Source: Octopus bimaculoides
Lineage: Eukaryota
Direction of reading: 5' to 3'
DNA length: 49,206 bases
Assembly: GCF_001194135.2 (NCBI RefSeq)
Contig: NC_068992.1
Coordinates: 36,477,803-36,527,008 of the forward strand
Shown: positions 45,441-49,206 of the stretch, piece by piece
How positions within the stretch are numbered: the first letter of the stretch is position 1
How the letters are laid out: each line of letters starts with the position of its first letter
Notes under the pieces: generated by a model
The model's database searches: none
The model's input: the letters and a program-made list of their open reading frames with translations, nothing else
Told to the model about the DNA's origin: nothing
Position numbers and translations under genes: made by a program

Positions 45441-45859
45441 CAAGATTCTCTCCAATAAAGTTTTGGCTTCATCGTTGCAGCGGCAGAATAAGCGTTGTCA
45501 GATCTCTTGACACCTATCTCGGGCAGACTTCAAGGAAGTGAAGTTTGTCATGGATGAATTCGTATGCAGAACCATGACTCATTGCAGCAAACATGCCACT
45601 TCGTCGATGTCACTCGTCGGTTCTCTAAGACCACCTCACGATTACTGAATTTTTATGTCAATGGTAGAAGTTGATGGACGTTCTACTCTCTCTTCGTTCC
45701 TTACGCTTGACCGGTCATTTAAAAAATTTCGATCCACTCATACATATTTATTCGCAATAGGGCTATCTCTGTATTGTACTGAAATCCTATGATGCATTTC
45801 AACCCTTGACACACCATCAGATTAGAGAAATTGGATCACTGATCATTGTTCTTCCTTGG

Positions 45860-47105
45860 TACACAGTGCCGACGGAGCGACCATGTTTACTCTGTAGCAC
45901 AACCAAGAAATACTTGAACTGAAGCAGATGTGTGCGGCCATTCAGCAGCTCTTTGCACGACTTTTCGGGACGAGTGGAAAGACGAATAACAGGGAAAACT
46001 TCAGTGTCTACTTGGGCAGCATGCCGCGACTCTTGGCGGGTGAGGCGGAAATACAGGAAGCGAAGAAGAGCTGTACGAGAGGCGGATCACCGGGTTTGGA
46101 TGGTCTGCCCTACTAGCTTTATATTTCGATGCCAGACTTGTTTGCAGGCCTCTTAGCAACTGGCAACAAAATGGGAGAATTCCCACTTTTGTTTGTCGCG
46201 GTATGGTGGCAGTGCTGAGATAATACCCAAACAAGGCAGACGTCATAGAGAATTTCAGGCCCATCACTCTGCTCGATGCAGAGTTGACGATTTGGGCCAA
46301 GGGTTAGCGCGTGTCGTGGACAAGTGGATTGGTGAAGCACAAACATGCGCCATCCCAACCAGGACTATTCGCGACAACCTCCACTTCATGCACTATATCA
46401 CCTCCCTTTAAAGGCTTTTGACAGCAGACAGAGCGTTTCACAAATGGTGACGAATCATAATGGCGTCTTGGTAAACGAACCCGAGAAAATGTGTGAGGCC
46501 TTTTGGAAGTACTTCACCCAGCTGTTCGTGGGTGACGACGGTCCTGGTGGTGGCAGAGCCCTCGAGGACTTTCTTGCCGGTCTGCCGTGTCTCTCGGGGT
46601 CGGATGCGGAGTCTTGCGAAGGGCCAATCACGCCTGGGGAGGTGATGGAGGCTTTGGCCGACTGTAAAGTGGGTAGGTAGCCGGGACTTGATGGTCCGTA
46701 CTAGCTGTATAAATGTATGCCAGACTTGTTCGGACATTTACTGGCTGACGTTTACGCAAACTGGCAACAGAATGGGTTTATCCCCAGATCTGTGCGACGG
46801 GGAGTAGTGACGTTGGTTAGAAAGGACCCGGACAAGGGGGGGGGGGAGTTTTAGAGAATTTCAGGCCCATCACTCTGTTAAACGCAGAAGTGAAGATTTT
46901 GGCCAAGGTCTTAGCGAAAAGGTTGGTGCCTGTCGCGAATGGTATAGTCGGGGAGGCACAGACATGTATCATCCCAGGCAGAACCATTCAGGATACCCTC
47001 CATCTTATTCGCTATACCATAGAGAGGGTTGGTAATAAATCTGGCAAAGGTGGGGCACTGGTACATTTGGACCAGTCTAAAGCTTTTGATAGGGTTGACC
47101 ATCGA
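45860..47105 (+). mobile_element. two overlapping tandem L1/Tx1 ORF2 linker-RT fragments
   Basis: Both have MC.A....FA.LF, SPGLDGLPY-type, FRPITLL.AE.KI.AK and GEAQTC motifs. The second ends GGALVHLDQSKAFDRVDHR at ~47105. Confidence 0.85.
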
Positions 47106-49029
47106 TTGCATACATAGCCTTTTTACACTTTCATACACGAAAGACATACAGAAAGAAATCACGATCGCCAACAACATTGACAGTATAAATATAATGTAAT
47201 TGATGATATGTAGAAATACAGGTACATTACCATCAGAATGAACAGAAGTGATTACATGGAAAGGATATAAACTTAGAACCAGTTAAGATAAATAAATAAA
47301 TTGGTAAAAGTAATAACAACCGTAGGAAAGGATGTACAATCTTGGCATTGTTTTGAATCAATTATAAAACTTCTTTGACATGAAATGGCATAAAATAAAT
47401 TGATTGTAAAGAAGTGAGTAAGAGTATCTGTCGCAGGAAAAAAATTACCTATGAAGGAATCACTATGTAATTACTTGCTCTGCTAACATTAATATCAAAA
47501 TTTCAATCTCTGATGTCTTAAAAAAAAGACAAATTATACAATAGAAATTGTTTCCTAAATGGTATCGCTACAAAGATGGTAAGTAGGTTACGACTTAAAC
47601 ATTCGTTAGGAGACAGAAGTCATCGCAAGAAAACTCACAAAGAGATACATTTCGAATATGAAGGATGTTTCGCAAACAAAAATCGACAATGTGACTCCTC
47701 ACAAATACGGTCTAAATCAATATCCTCGCAGAAATTTGTATGTAGACAATCAGAAAACTTAAATCACAAAAAACTATGCAAATTCACCTCAAAACTCTTT
47801 TGAGCAAGAAACTGGTACACCTCGGAATCTAGACTTTGAGTTCATCGTTTAAACGTTGCTTTCTAAGAAACAAAGCCCCCCCCCCACCCCCAGCGACAAC
47901 TGTATAAATTAACATGCTACATATTAGAAAATTCTCGCATAATTTATTAAAAACGTCTTTAGTTTCCGCATTACTTCAACGATAACGTATTAAATTTTTC
48001 CTTAAATATGTTATATAATTATAACGTTTGTTTTTATCACCGATAGGCTATTACCTGTAAGTATACCAACAGAGCACATATTCAACAATACATGGTAAAA
48101 TAATACAAACAAGCTAGTACTCGATAAAATGATTACACTCAACGAAATAGATTTTACCAATTACTGTTTAGTAGATGGTAATTGCAAATAGATATAAATA
48201 GACAGGAGAAGATTGCGTTTTCTTTATGCGGGTATATTATAAGTATTTCTCCCCAAATGAAACAAATAACACCTGATGAGAAAATAACCCCAGTGTAAAA
48301 GAAACTTTCTGTTCCCACAACTAATTTAAGCAACATTAAAATATAGACAACTTAAAATCACAAGGATAATACAAACGAAAATATAAATGCTATTATCAGT
48401 CCGAATATGCTTGAGGCACGTTCGAACCGGTGAACAAGCTACTCACTACGTTTTGTCACGGAAAATATATCCCGTTTGTTGACAAATGGTGGGGATAGTC
48501 ATTTATGGTATCAAAAATAGTTTAAAAGGTAAAATTCAATTAACATATTAGGGAAGGTAAATATTAATCATTAATTATATATATACATATATATATATAT
48601 GATTGAACTCTACCTTTCTCATATATATATACATACATATATAATAGAAATAATATTTTTTTCTAAATCTCTCAAAGAGAGATATACAGTAACAGCACCA
48701 TAAAGTAATGAGTTTTTGCCAACATAATGTGGCTTCCTAGGATGGGACGACTGTTACTATTATTTATCCCCAGGGAGCATCGTTTACAGCTGGCTATACG
48801 ACACAAAAAAATTCTGTGTTCTTATATATTCGAACAAGGGAGATCAGCACCTCCATCTAGCAAGACTTCGCACTCACGGGCTGGTTTTTGAATTATTGCT
48901 ATTTATTAGCGTGGAGTTTCTTAGTTAGCTAGATGTCGCTACTGAACTGCTGTCGAAAATATATAGATTTCAGAGTGAGACACAGTCACCGATCTATAAA
49001 ATAGAAATAATATTATTTCTAAATATCTC

Positions 49030-49100
49030 TCATATGTAAATATCTCTCTCATATATATATATCTGTATATATATATATATATATATATATAAAAACAAAA
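49030..49100. repeat. (TA)n-rich microsatellite
   Basis: Directly visible. Confidence 0.85.
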
Positions 49101-49206
49101 GTAAATGAGTATATGCATATATACGTACAGGTATGTGCATACCGACATCCACCTGTATGTATAGGTGCATATCTGGGTACAGGACATTGCAAACAAACGT
49201 AGACGA

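Overview
This is AT-rich, gapped draft eukaryotic DNA with five N gaps and many microsatellites. The SINE families and repeat landscape look like octopus (coleoid cephalopod) genome; this is an inference from recognising the repeats, not a database match. I cannot support any intact host gene, rRNA, true tRNA gene or CRISPR array. The window is almost entirely decayed transposons: (i) many L1/Tx1-clade LINE pieces (zinc-knuckle ORF1, APE, RT), often scrambled or inverted; (ii) one RTE-clade LINE; (iii) a 9-kb same-strand array of R4/Dong-type RLE-endonuclease LINEs sitting in (TAA)n tracts; (iv) mariner and Tc1 transposase remnants and a MITE; (v) tRNA-derived SINEs; (vi) Penelope-like element (PLE) pieces. 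The most interesting signal is RNA-level. Three separate outward-facing inverted-repeat insertions carry minimal type-I hammerhead ribozyme motifs from two families whose stems co-vary. One family has a non-canonical A6-to-U core. In the other, the ribozyme lies downstream of a tRNA-like Pol III promoter and a microsatellite spacer, at the 3' end of a GIY-YIG PLE. One of these insertions carries a foreign LINE RT fragment as cargo between a 10-bp target-site duplication. The window also shows repeated 85-235 bp locally templated duplications and inversions.
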